This document shows positions 24,790-38,871 of a stretch of DNA of 64,000 nucleotides, in pieces (the first letter of the stretch is position 1; every line of letters starts with the position of its first letter). Source of the DNA: Raja brachyura (taxonomy: Eukaryota). Under the pieces are notes generated by a model. It did no database searches. It was not told the origin of the DNA and saw only the letters and a list, made by a program, of their open reading frames with translations. Location: assembly GCA_963514005.1 (NCBI GenBank), contig OY740788.1:42594001-42658000 (forward strand), read 5' to 3'. The position numbers and the translations under genes were made by a program.

Positions 24790-27700
24790 TATAACCTTAT
24801 CCAAAGTACACCACCACAATGACACCATCTGGCATCTTTCTAGGATGGGTGACTGCAGAGGCAATGACAGAAGATGCTATATTTAGTCATCACCAAGTTT
24901 AACAACATGTCTGCCCATGTTTGTGTCGGCTTATTTTCTGTCACTTACACCTCCGTCAAAGTAAACTTAATAAAGCTAACCCTTCCTGCTTAGTTTATTT
25001 TCCAGAAAATTAACACTAAGCTAATTAATGATTTAATCAAATTGAATCAAATTAAAAATTGTAAATTATATTTCAAAAGCCTGGAAAAATTGACCATTTA
25101 CAAAGAACAAATATCCCTTTCAAATACTAGAGAATGACCATGAAGTGCTTCTGATGATAATGAAAGCTGTCTAGCCCTCCTGCTTATCAAGGATTCACCA
25201 AAGAAAAAGTACACATTGTTAACATTAAATCCCTATAGGGGACCTGAAATAGCTTTCACTTAGCATTCCATTTTAATTGCTAGGCTGAAATAATTCAAAT
25301 CTGTTTTTTTGGCGTGCCACTAATTAAAACTGCAAGATTACACAGAGAAAAATAAATACATCATCTCCGCTTGAAAATGAAAGTTTTCTTGAATGACAAA
25401 TATTTTTAATCAGAGCCATATGCACAGGAGCTTGGAGGGCGAGCTTAATCTCAAAACCACTCCAGCAGCATAAAACAATTCAGTGGGTTATAATTAATGT
25501 CACAGTCATAACAGCAAGCTCAAGCCACTGTTTTTCTTTCTACTTAAGGAGAAATAACTAGCTGTTATCTCTGTGCCTGCAGAGCCTCCCCATTGTAGAT
25601 TCAATAATACAAGAGGTTTCTTATCACCATTCGAGGTGAATGATTGTAACTGTGATATGTTTAGACAATGTGTTGTATTTAACCCAATTTACAGGTGCCC
25701 CAGCTTGGCCACAGCAGTAAACACTGGGGACTAATAGGGAATTAAACATGTACAATAGACTAACTCCATTTACTCTCAAAACTGAAATGCATTTAGTAAA
25801 CTCACTTAAAGAGACAGTAGCCTCCTTCAGGGCATGTGCTGTCATTTGTTATTTTCATCATGGGGGAGGGTTGAATTTATCTTATCTGTTACAGTGACCA
25901 AGTTTGCAAGTGCAGCACACCCCAAGTGCCGCAGTTTATTTCATTCTTCAAATTTGCCGATTCAAGCTGCTGTCTCTTTAATGCGCGTGGGCTGTTTATT
26001 CCACGAGTCCAGTAAAATAATCTGTATAATTCACTTACTTCTCACGGCTCAGGAGATTCCATGCAATTGCCACAACCTGAGCCAGGCATGATGTCCATCA
26101 CTTTGTCAAGAAATAACAATATCACTAATATTCTGAGAATCCCAACGGTTTGGCCATCACATTTGGCTTCTTTGGGATTTAAATAAAGATTACAGAGGCC
26201 TTCAAAAATGCAGTTTCTAACACAGCAATATCACTGAGAGGAAAAAAAACTGTACTGCCAGAGGAATCAAAGGAGACGATTTATGATTTCATTCCGATTG
26301 ACGGCCGATTAAATTAAAACAGATCAGTGTTGCAATTCTTGGGCAGGTGGCTCTAGCCTGGTGACAGCCTCAGAACTATTAAATTGGTGCTGAGATGGAA
26401 AGCCTTCCGCTTACATTCACGCACTTACTGATCAAACTGTGACAAATGAGATGTTACTGCTCTTGTAAAGCAAGGCTACAATCTGTCAAACCTGAACATA
26501 ATTTGTGACCCTCAGTGACATCTTTTTTTTTCTCTTTCTTACTTTGAATGTGGGAACAGTTGCAGAATTCCCCAATACCACATGTTTTTGAATACAGAGA
26601 GCTAAACCAGTACAAAATGCTAATGGGAACTCAAAACCATATGTAACAATGTTGATTATTTGATCGTTCAGCGAAGTGGCATTCAATAAATTATTATTTA
26701 TCAGTAATAGCAGTCATCTAGCTGAAATTTCTAATCGCCAGTAATTCTAGTGGGAGGGTCTCGATTTTCATTAACAGCTGTCACCTTGCTCCATTCTGAA
26801 ATGGAATAGAGCACTTTAACACTTGAACCTGAAAGCAGTTCTTCCTTCCTTAACTTTTCCTTGCAAGATTTTAAGTTGGTAATTCTGACAATTTCTACCC
26901 GGGTAATACATGTGGAGGGCAGACACAAAATAAATAGAAGTGCTGGGATTTAAATTCTAATAGCTGGATTTATTGTGCCAGATAAAAACAAAATTGTACA
27001 GGACAAACTGTTGGTTCCAGGTGCAGCTCGCTTTTTATGTAAAATGGATAACGTAACATGCAGAGAAAAACTAGTAGGATACTAGTTTTGGCAAATGGTG
27101 CGGTAATGTGCACTAATCCAGTCTATCACGATGAACTTTTGAGGCAGCTTTTGAAATGCCCAGACATCAGGAGCTGTCATCGGTCTTTGTTCTTCTCTTA
27201 ATGCAATAGAGGCCCTGGTCAATGCACTGAGAAAAGACCTGCACCCTGCTAACCTTGCCGATTAAAGGCAGGGTCTTAACAGCTGTCTAGAGTGCTGAGG
27301 TCACAAACACAGTTTGCTATGCCAACAACGACCACTCATCCCTGGTGAGTATGCCACAAGACTTGCGGTCAGGCTGATGTCAAGAGTGCATTGCAGGCAT
27401 TTGCAGTTGTTAATACTTTAAGAGGAAAGGAAGACCTATTGTGCTAACAAGCTATTGTATTAAGAGATATAGCTTTTATTCTCGCAGCCTATCTAACTAA
27501 ATGGCGGTCATCATTATCATATTAACTCGCGACCCATTTATCTGCTTTTCAGTTTCCTACTGTTACACTCAGTAAAACTACGTAAGGTTACTTAAGAAAC
27601 TGGAAAATGTTACAGTTGATTTTGAATAAAACAGGCATGTAATAACAAGCAACAAAAGCAAAGTAAAGTCTCCATATAATTCTCAGTAAAAATGGAAGAA

Positions 27701-30589
27701 TATTATGTTTTCTTTTGCAGTGGTAAGCCAAATAAGGAGTTGAAGAGGAATATTGTGCCATCTTTGAAGAAAAGGCTTTTTGCATTGAAATGTTGTAGTT
27801 AGTTCAATGCAAGTCAAGAGTTATTGCCTCCTCGCTATTTTCCCCAGAGGTAATTGGAGTATTGGTTTCAAACTATTCCTTGTTAAGACCACCATTCAGA
27901 GATCGCCACATTCCATTTGTGACTTGTGACAACATTTTGACACTGGGAATGCAGAACTGGAGGTCTTAGCCATAGCTGTCACTTGTCTGTGTATGATTAA
28001 TCTTATCGCTACACTTTAGCAACTTCCAAATATAGCCCAAATTAGACATTTAAACGGCTTGTGGGCTTAGGTGAATATTTTTGGCACTGATATGGCTGCT
28101 TCACTTTCACAAACCAGTTAAGATTTTCTGAGTGCCTTTATAAGAGTGCAAGTATGTAACATGTATATCTGTGTACAAGTTGAAAGTTAAAGAATATAAG
28201 CATACACCTGATTTTGAAGTTATAAGATTTATGATATATTGGGATTCAGTTAAAGATGGAATACCGATGATACCATTTTAGCTTTTGAACATTACCTCAG
28301 TTATATTGTGGATTTAAGATCACCCTTCTTTATAAAACAATTGCCATACTTTACATAGTAAATTATCGATCATATAATAAAGACTAGTAATAGTTATTTG
28401 AGTCTTACTTTTGGATTTTGCTATTTTGTTAATTGATGCTCCAACTGAATCAGTAATTTAACATTTTCAGTTTCTTTAATAGAATTTGATACGAAAAACA
28501 AACCAAGTTTTGTTAAATTAAATAATATCTATATCTTGAAATTATTTGATGATTTGCTCAGAAGCTTTTTAATCTATTCTGACATTATTAGATTAAAAAG
28601 AACCATTAATAAAGAACAATACAATTTAATGCACTGCTTTTGCCTATTGAAAAATAAAAATAAATAATGTTTCTTAAAGTTTCAGTTTCACAAAATGTTT
28701 GTGCTTTGGCCCTTTGGAAATTATCAATATAAAAACAATAGATTGTGTATGAATAAAGTCTATGACATTTGAAGGATATAATAGCCACGTGCCTATAAAT
28801 AAAAATATTGATATTAACAGGAGGGGAAATCTTGTAAGATTAACAGGGAATCAATAGAAATGCAATTCTAAGCTTTTATTTGCAATGCTATTCTGCTTAT
28901 GTTTGTCGTGGGTTCATGAACCAGAAACGACAATCTACATAAATGTAAGTAAACAGGATGATGTGGGGAACCTCCTGTCCATTTGTCACCAAGATACATT
29001 CAGAATCTAATTGACTTTTATAATCTGGTAAATGGATAGTAACTACAAAAATGACAACATTTGGTTCAAAATCTGTTGGATGCAATACACTCTATTTCTC
29101 TCCCACCAATTCCTTTCAAACTCCAAATGAAACAATTAAAGTGGTTGATTTAAGAAAAAAAAATAATGCTTTTAGCCTTGGGTGAAAGCATTGATACCAT
29201 GACAATCCAGATTTGAGCATTGGTCTACACTGATAATGATCAGGAACGAGAATTCCAAAAACTTGTTTTTAAATAGGTGGAAGTTTGGACTGAATAAATT
29301 GCTTATTCTGCAAAAGATTAGTTGAGGAAATTTAAGAACATTAAAGTAATGGATCTATTTCAATAAAAGGAGGCATTCAAAGAAATGAGGAAATGGATTT
29401 AAACCCTGCGCAAGTTCAAAAGATAAATGTTCTAAGGATATAATCAACTTACTTCACATTTGACATGAAATATAAAAATATCTTTAGGCAGGGAAATAGC
29501 ATGAGCGGATTAATTCTCTATTTCTGCATTCAAATGAGGATCCTGTTTTGGAAGGCAGCCAGTCAGTAGCAGGTTTGCTTTTTATCTTTTGAAAAAAAAA
29601 CTACTTGTGGAAAGCGTAGTACAGCTGGAAATGTCTTGTGTCCCTTGCTAGTTCCTCCCTCGAGACCCTCCAAAGGGTATGAAAATATTCACCAACACTT
29701 ACCCCTTAATTGTATTCAAGCTCCCAGAAGGCAATACTTGACAAAAATCACCATTAGCTCCTGACAGTACAACATGTTCAGGAAATGCTTACCTGATCAA
29801 TAGAAAGTCCACGGGGACTTACTTTACAACTTTGGAATGGTATAAAAAATTCTTCCTTTTGTCCGATATGATAAAGTACGTGGTAGCATTTGTTGTTTTA
29901 TTCTCCCTTTGTTTTTTTTTGTCTGCCAGAAATGCTAAAGGCCAGGAGCATATTACAGAAAGCTTTTGACAAATTAATAAGTAAATGTCAGTGAAAGAGA
30001 AGTGAAAAATGCTCTTATTAAAAAACTTGTTTATATCTTGATTCCGGAGTTTTATTGAGTCAATCATCTTTCCAGCATCTTAATGAGGACAAAACAAATA
30101 GATTGACTTTAAATAGACAAAGTGAAGCATTAGATTGGATTTCAGTCTGGAGGGAAACAATCTGTATCGGGCTGGGCTGCTGTGAGATTATGATTTGCTC
30201 AACTAAGAATGGTTTTCTCAACTATTCCTGCAAAATTATACTAAAGAACTTCTTCAAGAGAAGTTCCCAGCCACAAACAGTATGAGTGATAGGGTGGAGG
30301 GCAATCGGCTGGAAGCCTGGTTCAGAAGGTCATAGGCTACGAGAGGAGGTTGGTACATTGGGGACCGAGAGACTCTGTGGCAGGGGAATTTATTCCAATC
30401 AATTGGAGAATCCAAGTCATGGGTAGAACCATATCTTGAGGAACAATGTGCTCGTCACAAGTAAGTGTGAATAATGGTTGGGGATTCTATTGTTTGCATT
30501 TGGGAGCTGGCCAGAGCTGAGGCTAAATGGCAGCTATGGGCTGAATGGTGCAGGCAGTTTGCTTAGTAGGAGATGTGGTGCACTCAATT

Positions 30590-31096
30590 ATAACACAGCA
30601 TGCAGGTGGAACTCAGCGGGTCAGGCAATGTCTGTGGATGGAATGGACAAGCAATGTTTTTGGTGAGAAACTTTCTTTAGACTGATTGTTGTAAGGGGGG
30701 GGGGGGGGGAGAGAAAGCTGGAACATAGAGGTGGAGGCGGGACAAAGCCTGGCAGGTGATAGAAGGATACAGGTGAGGGGGTTTTGCTTGGCACATGGTT
30801 GGGGTAAGTGATAAGAACTGGAGGTGAAAAGGAGTCAATGGGTTTCAGATAAGAAGAGTGAAATATATAGTCAAAGGAAGGAAAATGTAGAACCAAAGGG
30901 GTGGAAATGGACTGGGAGGGGAGGGAAGAGAGGGAGTAAAAAGGAAAATGAGGGACTTGGGGCTGGAAAACTAGGTAGGAAGGAGGGGAAAGGAGAAGGA
31001 TGACTGGGAGGGTGGGAGATGGACACGTAATGCTGGAGTAACTCAGTGGGACAGGTAGCATCTCTGGAGAGAATGAATGGGTAACGTTTCGGGTCT
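30590..31096 (-). mobile_element. Two tandem Penelope pLTR-derived fragments
   Basis: AACTCAGCGGGTCAGGCA (about 30610) and TGCTGGAGTAACTCAGTGGGACAGGTAGCATCTCTGGAG...GTAACGTTTCGGGTC (31031-31095), separated by a purine-rich 3' UTR-like stretch. Confidence 0.75.
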
Positions 31097-32050
31097 GTGT
31101 GCGCACCGGGCAGAGTTTGGAGGAAGGATGCACATTAGAAACATTCCTGCTCCTTCCAGTCAACAAAGGGGGCTGTAAAATTACTTCCTTCACGATTAAG
31201 TGACCACCACCCATTTTCAACTAACAGATTTTCAGTGCTGATGAGTTACAGCTCAGCCATTTTGGGGAATTCAGCCGCATGATGTGTGAGTGAATGGCAT
31301 CATAAAACTTTATGGGGAGGGGGGAAATAATTATAAACGATAAAGTAAAGTTGACTTAAAATATTGAACTGATACTTCTCACTCACGATACAATTCCCAT
31401 ACCATTTGCAAATCTGGCAGCAGATTGTTCCAAATAGAATCTATTCATGGCAGATGTTTTTATCAAATTGTAGTAAGATTTTGGAGGTTGTGATTCATAG
31501 GAATTACTAAAGTATCGATTGAAATGCCTTTTTAGTGAAATAGAGTTTGTGCATGTTTGGTAATACGGTCTAATTGAAAAATGTAATCAAATATAGAGGT
31601 TTAACTTACACTAAGTTGAATCAGAATTTGTATTCATTCTTTAAAGTATGCTATCTGAATGACACCAGCTGCATTTTCAAATAAAGCTCACCACTTGCAG
31701 CGATGCATGTGACAGGGCCATAAAAAAGATCCAGCACCCAAACTGGTCACAACAGTCTTGATTTTAACCAGGATGGATGGAATGTAAGGTGAGCACTACA
31801 CTGTACTGATCTTAGCAGCTTATACTACGTGACTTTATTTCCAAAATACCATCTACATCTAAAAACAATGAAACGAAGGGTTTGCACAGGACCTGGCTGG
31901 GGAGAAGTCTTGATCAACAGAGAAAGTGTGAAGAAAATATACTTATTTGGACTATGGATCATCTCCCTGATTGTCTTGACAGCAAAAAGCACAGCAGTTC
32001 CCCTCAATCTGACCAGAGTTAACATTTTAGTCCAGGCTAACATAATCAAA

Positions 32051-32150
32051 GTTTAGTTTAGTTAGTTTAGTTTATTGTCAAGTGTACAGAGGTATGGGGA
32101 AAAGCTTTTGTTGCATACTGACCAGTCAGCAGAAAGACAAAACATTTACA
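32051..32150 (-). mobile_element. LINE 3' end fragment
   Basis: (GTTTA)n TTATTGTCA...AAAAGCTTTTGTTGCAT; same family as 15025-15111. Confidence 0.6.
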
Positions 32151-33029
32151 GATTGATTTGATTTTTAATTGAAGGTCCCATCAGATGAACAGGCACCAGT
32201 CTTTGCTGTCGGATCAGCGGTGCAGGTTGAAAATGGTGAACAAGACTAAGGAAGAAACTAAATCACTAGGCCAATTTTAACTAGCCACTTCCTAGACGTC
32301 CATTGAATAAACCAAATTAAAATTACCACACAAATGTTTGAATTATCTTAAAATATAAGGTACCAAGTAACTATATGGGTAGATAGTAATATTAATGTCC
32401 ACTGATTAACATGGACAGGAATTACAACAGTGCATTTAAAGGCAATTATTAGTTTGGATATTTACAGTATATATATTTATATATATATTGCCCCATTTAG
32501 TTTTGGTAATCATAATACTGTCCCTAACTGATGAAATGTTAAAATGATACTGTTAAAATGTGGAGAAAATAAACATTTTTATGTTGGTCATTATTATCTT
32601 CATGTTCTAGAGCTTTGCATGAATTTAGAAATTGCATAATACGAAAACCAAGAACTAGCGACAGGATGATGATTTATGTCTTGAGCCAGGAAGATTCAGA
32701 GGGTCCGCAGAGGGTAAAGTGCAATAGGGGGAGGCTAGACAGCTGCTCTCAGTAGGCTTGCTTTGGCAGCCAGGCTGTAGTTACCTCTTGTGAAACCTGT
32801 ACCTGCGGACGAGCTGATCCACAACCACTCTCCACTAGCAGATTGGGCAAGGAAGAAGCAGAAGATGAATATTAAAGCAACACAACAGTTCTTCTATCAA
32901 GCAACAGATTTGAACACTAGCAAATGAACTAACAGCCACTGCAGAAACACATGCCAATGTAACGAGATATGGCAGATTTTCTTCCTTGTCACCGTGAAGC
33001 AAAACTGAGATCTGAGAGCAGTTCATAAA

Positions 33030-33053
33030 AATATATATATATATATATATATA
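33030..33053. repeat. (AT)n microsatellite
   Basis: About 12 perfect AT units. Confidence 0.9.
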
Positions 33054-35355
33054 AAGGAGGAGTATCCGTGCAGTATGATTGCTCCCAACGGCAATCTTCT
33101 TCCCAGAGGGCAATCCAAACTTCGAATACCTTCATGTTCTACATCCAAATTTGTGCTTCATTAGGCTACAGAGTGTTCAAGGTTTCCATTGTGGACACCC
33201 TAATTGCCTATTTGAAGCAGTAATTCCAGTGCGGGGAAGGACCCCAGTATCAAACTGAGCCACATCACAACAAATGGGAGTGCCATGTTGATATATGTGT
33301 ATATGGGTGGCTGGGAGTAGAACAAAAGGCTGCTATTTGTCTGAAGGCTCCTGGGGAAAGATGCCATATCAAAACTAGCACAACATCCGTCAGACCTGTC
33401 TCCAACTTCCCTTATCAATTACTGAGCTGTCATCTAAACTCTTGCACATAAGCAAATGTTAAAACATTTAAAACAAGCCTGCATAATGTGCTTCTGCCGC
33501 GTAACACAGAGATCTATCTTGGCAGATGTGAAGAAACAGTAGCTACCAAAGGTGCTCAATCCGGCAACGCTGCAAGAATGAAGCAAACAATTCCATTACT
33601 GGGTTTTATTTTTGAAAAAAGGAAAGGGATATGAAACATTGTTTAATAAACACACCGCATCAGAAATTTTAGGTTTTCAGAAAAGAATACTCCCAAGGGT
33701 ATTCTACACTTGCTGATGCAATGCTGGCAACATATGTGTTCGGTGCACATGTAAAAGCACTCAGTTATAAAGCTTGATTACCCTTTTTTGTAATTTGTGG
33801 ATGGAAAAAGGGATGGAAAGGGTTAGGGCAGCATGGCAAACTTCTATGCACGCCAATGCAGCTTTTAACATCATTATTTTCTATTACTTAGAAATAAACC
33901 AATGTGACTCAAAAAATTGTTTTAAATTGTAATGTAAAATGGGCTCTTAATTTGCCATAAGCTGTGTTTGTTTGAAGGTAAAATTCTCAGAGCCTAGTTT
34001 TGGAGCAAGCTTCACGCACGGCAATAACTTTGAGATTGAAGTAACATCATCTGTATTTTAGGTAGCAACGCAGAGTGAGCCTTGATGCAGAGATCAGTGT
34101 AACAATGACATTACAATGACAGTGTCCTTTTAGCTGTGTCAGCATTTCACAACAATTTTGTTTTGCAAATTCCTGACATTAAACATTTCAAGATACATTA
34201 ATAAATTGAATTATGTTGTAAAATGATCCATCTTCTCAGTCCAATGTGGTATCTGAAGTGGATTAGCTCAATTTCATATTTATTTATTCCGTGAAAGATG
34301 GCCACATTTGTAAAGGTAGGTCATGTGCATTTGATTTGTGGTGGTTTTAAAATGCAGTCTAGTAGAAGGTGATAAAGGGGATTCTCTCTCTTTCAAGAGC
34401 CATTACTATTAACATTTAATTACAAAGTACCATGAGTGCTCCTCTTGCAGAGGTCAGGCTTCCGACTCATGCAAAACGCGCAGAAATCCTTCCAACGTAT
34501 TATTTCACTATTTCATTCGATGGTCTGTTTTTAAAATTGAAACTGTCTCCCTGTGTACTTTTGTCTATATCTTGCTTGCTTTTTGAAGATACAGGATCAT
34601 GTGCTCTGAGATAGCTTGCAAGCTGGGCTAGTGAATGGTTGTGACAAACACCGTTTTAAGACCAGGTAAGGTAAAAGTGTGATTAAGTTAGGGGAATCCA
34701 CACAGACTCAGTTCCCTTCCGAACCTCCACAACACCTTTGCACCCCCACGAGCTCAAGATTGAATCTCCAATTTCATGTAATCTTCTACTTGGTGACTGT
34801 GGTGAAATGAAATGCTTGTTGAAATAGAACTTTGGAATTGAACTCTTGTAATCAGAAGAAGAAATTATTTACATGAAGTTTCTTTATTGACGCAGTTTCA
34901 GTACTTGAATATACATGTGGGGGAAAACTCAAATAATTGGTTTTCATAAATCCTATTGTTGAGATAATTGCAAAAGTTTAGTGAAATTGCTGGCTACTGT
35001 GGACAACAATCATAATTATTTATACCTAAATTTTATGCACATCACATTATTAAGTCGGAAAACACCTCTCAAAAATAAATTGAAAGCAATGAAAGTCATG
35101 AAATGAGCTTGTTAAAACTTACAAAATTAGCTACCAAATGTAATAAATATAAAACAGATGTGTATTTATTTAACCCACCTCTGCAGATTTATCAATGAAA
35201 CATATAATATTGGCATTAATATTATGTGTGCTTATGTTATTTCAGTCACATAAAAATGATTGCAGGGATCACAATGAAATGTGAGTGCATTCATTTACAC
35301 CATATTTTGCAATGCATTTAAAAGGTAATTCTATTAAGGCTTTACCTTACCTTTA

Positions 35356-35613
<258 letters not shown>

Positions 35614-37632
35614 TCATTTAAAGGAAATATAGCTGGATATCTGATTTCTTAAATCAGTTCCACCTCTTTCTCCCTCTGTGCTGTCTTCCCTACCCTCCTC
35701 CCCAACCTTCCATGGTCCTCTGTGGTTAAATACATTAGTGTCTTAATGAAAATGCATTTTGTTTATTGTCCTCTGGAGAGGAGGGTCATCGCACAGAGTG
35801 CATAAATTGCCAGTGCAGACAAGGCAGGTTGGCAGTGAGTGTAATTGTAACCTTGATACTTCATGTTAGCAGCACTCAGGGTCCATCACATTCCCCTAGA
35901 AACATATGCAACTCCCTGTAATTAGCACCGCATCCACCTGGGACAGCAGCTCTGATGAAATATTTCAGAGTTAATCACACTTTGTAAACACTGATTTATA
36001 TTGACTACCCTTCTCTGAGCCGACGCTTCCTCATTAAATAACAGATTAGTGGAACACTAAGAGACTAAATACTAAAAACTCCTCACTCAATGCAAAACCT
36101 TGTGCAAAACAACTGGTCTGGGAAAGATATCTATTCACACATATACATCCTTTCAGGCAATTGCTTAAAGGAGATTATAATTTACCTTGTATTCAGGACG
36201 GCATACATTATACAATCTCTGCTTTCGGAAAGAAAAAGTGATTGTTGAAATTCCTAATTCCGTTTACATATACCATAAAAAGCATACATTTCTAACCATG
36301 CATTTATATTTATTAGAACAGAGACTGGTAAATTTGGTAGCATATAACTTGAACATATGGACCTGAAGTTTTTTTTTAAAATGAAATTCTCTCTTGGTCT
36401 TGTCTATATTTGCTTAATAGAAGATATTCAAAATGAAAAAATAAAACCTGCTGGGGTCCATTTATGGAAACATTTATTGCTATGTGCAATCTGTAACTTG
36501 CTGTAAAGGTGTCTTCACAGCCACGTAAATGAAAACAGGGATTGATTGACATAACGTAGCATATGGGACGATGATGGTGCATGTATCAGGCCAGTACCAT
36601 TCGGTACAGCAGCCTTTGATGCTGAATGTCACAAACTGCTGGGCAACAAACAGAGTCAGTGACCAAATACTGAATCCATTATAACCTAATTACCTATTGA
36701 AGCTCTTGGAAATTAAATGGTTGCAGTAATGTAATAAGTTCAGGTAGGACAGAGGAGAGGAGCTTTGATGCAATGACTATATTGTGTATTATATCACCAC
36801 ATAAACTCCAAGGTTTCAAAGTTGCGAAAGAATAACCACTCCCATTTTCTCAGATGTACCTCATATCAGATACAAAATCGTACCTTAATCTAAACAATAA
36901 TTGTGATCTGATTCCGAATGAATTGACACTTTATAGACGATGCAAGCTGAACATAAGCCATTGAAAGCCAGCTCCCTGTTGGATCTAACATTTATCTTTC
37001 AATTTTCTCACTGTATCTTAATTTATTTCAATGCTTTGTACAGATGTTACACACACAGTTATAAATTAAACGGGTCATTGTGGTTAATAGAGACATTTAC
37101 TTCTGGGAAAAATGCTTGAGAAAAATGTTGTCAAAAGTTATTTTCAAGTTTTTAATCTCCCTTCACATTAATTAATTATTATGCACCATTAACCAATCAT
37201 CAATGTAATTCACATAACCTATTCATTTCATTTTAGATATTATGAAAATCTCTAAGTTCAATGACAAAATGAAGGTATTTAGTTTTAATTTAGAACATTA
37301 TTCACTAATTTAAGGTGAACTATCTTCTAAATTGAAACTAAATACCTTCATAATATATTTGAATTAATGAAAACCTGAGCATTTAAGTTAAAAAAGAACA
37401 ATGATTGTTTTTAGAGGAACATACACTTATTCAAAGCTTAATTATACCCAGTATTTTAAGAGCATAAAATAGTTAAGGAAAATTACAAATCAACATTTTA
37501 CCTTTGAAATAGTCCATTTTTTTCAGAATTACACATTTTATTAATTTGTCATTCTAAATGAAAATAATTGTGAAAAATCAGACCATCCCTGTTAAGGACT
37601 GTGGAATAGACTAAAAGAGTTAACAGAACAGG

Positions 37633-37950
37633 AGGGCTACACAGTGTACAGTGGCTTGCACTGATGTGTTGTAGTTTCAGTGGCCTGGGATTGAACCTGA
37701 CCTTGGGTGATGTGTGCATGGAGTTTGTATCTTCTTCCCCAGGCCTGTGTGGGTTTTCTCTCGTTGTTCAGGCTTCCTCCCACCTCCCGAAGATATGCAG
37801 GTTATTAGGTTGATTGTTATCTATAAATTTCCAAAAGTGTGGACAGAAGGTAGGTAAAACCAGGGCATTGTTATGGGTTGCTTGAACGAATAGGTAGAGG
37901 AGGTGGGGAAATGGGATCTGAGAGCTGGTACTGACTCAATGGGCCAGATC
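37633..37950 (+). mobile_element. Diverged V-SINE-type SINE
   Basis: TGCATGGAGTTTGTATCTTC...GTGGGTTTTCTC...GGCTTCCTCCCACCTCCCGAAGA. Confidence 0.65.
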
Positions 37951-38147
37951 TCCCATGTTTGAAATTACCTGGGAAAGACAACTGCTGACCTCTCTGCCTC
38001 ATCTGAGGAAAGTTTGTAAAGCCAAGTTTGATCTGTACAAAAGTGCTTTATCTTCAGATAACCTAGTAGCTATTTTTTTATTTTGTCAGCTGATAACCAC
38101 AAATTTAGCTTGATCAATTAATAAAATTCAAGAGATAGCGGGAGGAG

Positions 38148-38335
38148 TGGCACGGCGGTAGAGCTGCAGCTTCAAGGCGACAGAGACATTCGGGTTGTAC
38201 ATTAATCGACCTTTGAAAAATTCCCCATGTGTGTAAGATGCAAAAGTGGGATAACATGAACTAGTGTGTGATGGTCGGCATGGACTTGGTGGGCCAAAGG
38301 GCCTGTTTCCACACTGTATCTCTAAACTAAACTAA
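38148..38335 (+). mobile_element. Internally deleted HE1-type SINE
   Basis: Head TGGCACGGCGGTAGAGCTGC joined to the 3' part AAAGTGGGATAACAT...GGGCCAAAGGGCCTGTTTCCACACTGTATCTCTAAACTAAACTAA; ends about 125 bp from the exon 2 donor. Confidence 0.75.
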
Positions 38336-38458
38336 TAGAAGCTGACTGAAGCAAAGTTGTGCTAAAACTCTCTTGGTTTTATGTTTTACGTGGCTTTCTG
38401 TTTTGCCTTTAATACAAATATTGCAAGGATACGTGATAGAATATGAAGGGGGCATTAC

Positions 38459-38871
38459 CTTGTATAGTGCGCTTGAAGAACGCTTTGCATGCCTCACATG
38501 AAGCCACACCATAGTGATATCCTGATGCTATGTCGCCACAGACCAAACATAATCTTTTAGGCATGGAGTTCAACATGTACTCGCACTTGGTCTGCGAGTC
38601 TTCGGCTATAGTGCTTGAACAGTCATCGTATCGTTTACGGGAGCTGCCGTTGGTACCCAGGGTGGTGGTGGTGTAGAGCGGCGGTGAGTCCAGGCCATTC
38701 TGGTGTCCATTCATAGTGGAGCTGTAGCTCCCACTGGCGTCCGACGAGCCACCTGGACTGTGGTGATTGATACTGTCTGTCAGTGAGGCAGGGCTGGACG
38801 GCTCTGTCTTAATGTATGATGAGCAGCTCGAATCAATGTGTCGATCCTTTGCTGACATTCTGCAGAGAAGC
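38459..38871 (-). CDS. ESRRG: ESRRG coding exon 2 (A/B domain plus first zinc finger)
   Basis: Acceptor TTCCACAG|G CTT CTC TGC AGA ATG gives (E)[27 protein letters not shown]...[30 protein letters not shown], donor G|GTAATG; 413 nt. Contains the IKTEPSSP phospho-SUMO motif, the CEACKA P-box and the internal ATG (38858) used by the short isoform. Confidence 0.98.

Noticed and set aside
30621-31220. 199 aa Pro/Ser-rich ORF
   Set aside because: Reads through pyrimidine-rich pLTR-derived repeats; low complexity and no domain.
38409-38458. C-terminal tail [15 protein letters not shown] of the 149 aa ORF
   Set aside because: Intron read-through past the GTAATG donor. The same applies to the flanks of the ORFs at 4207-4440 and 6728-6949.
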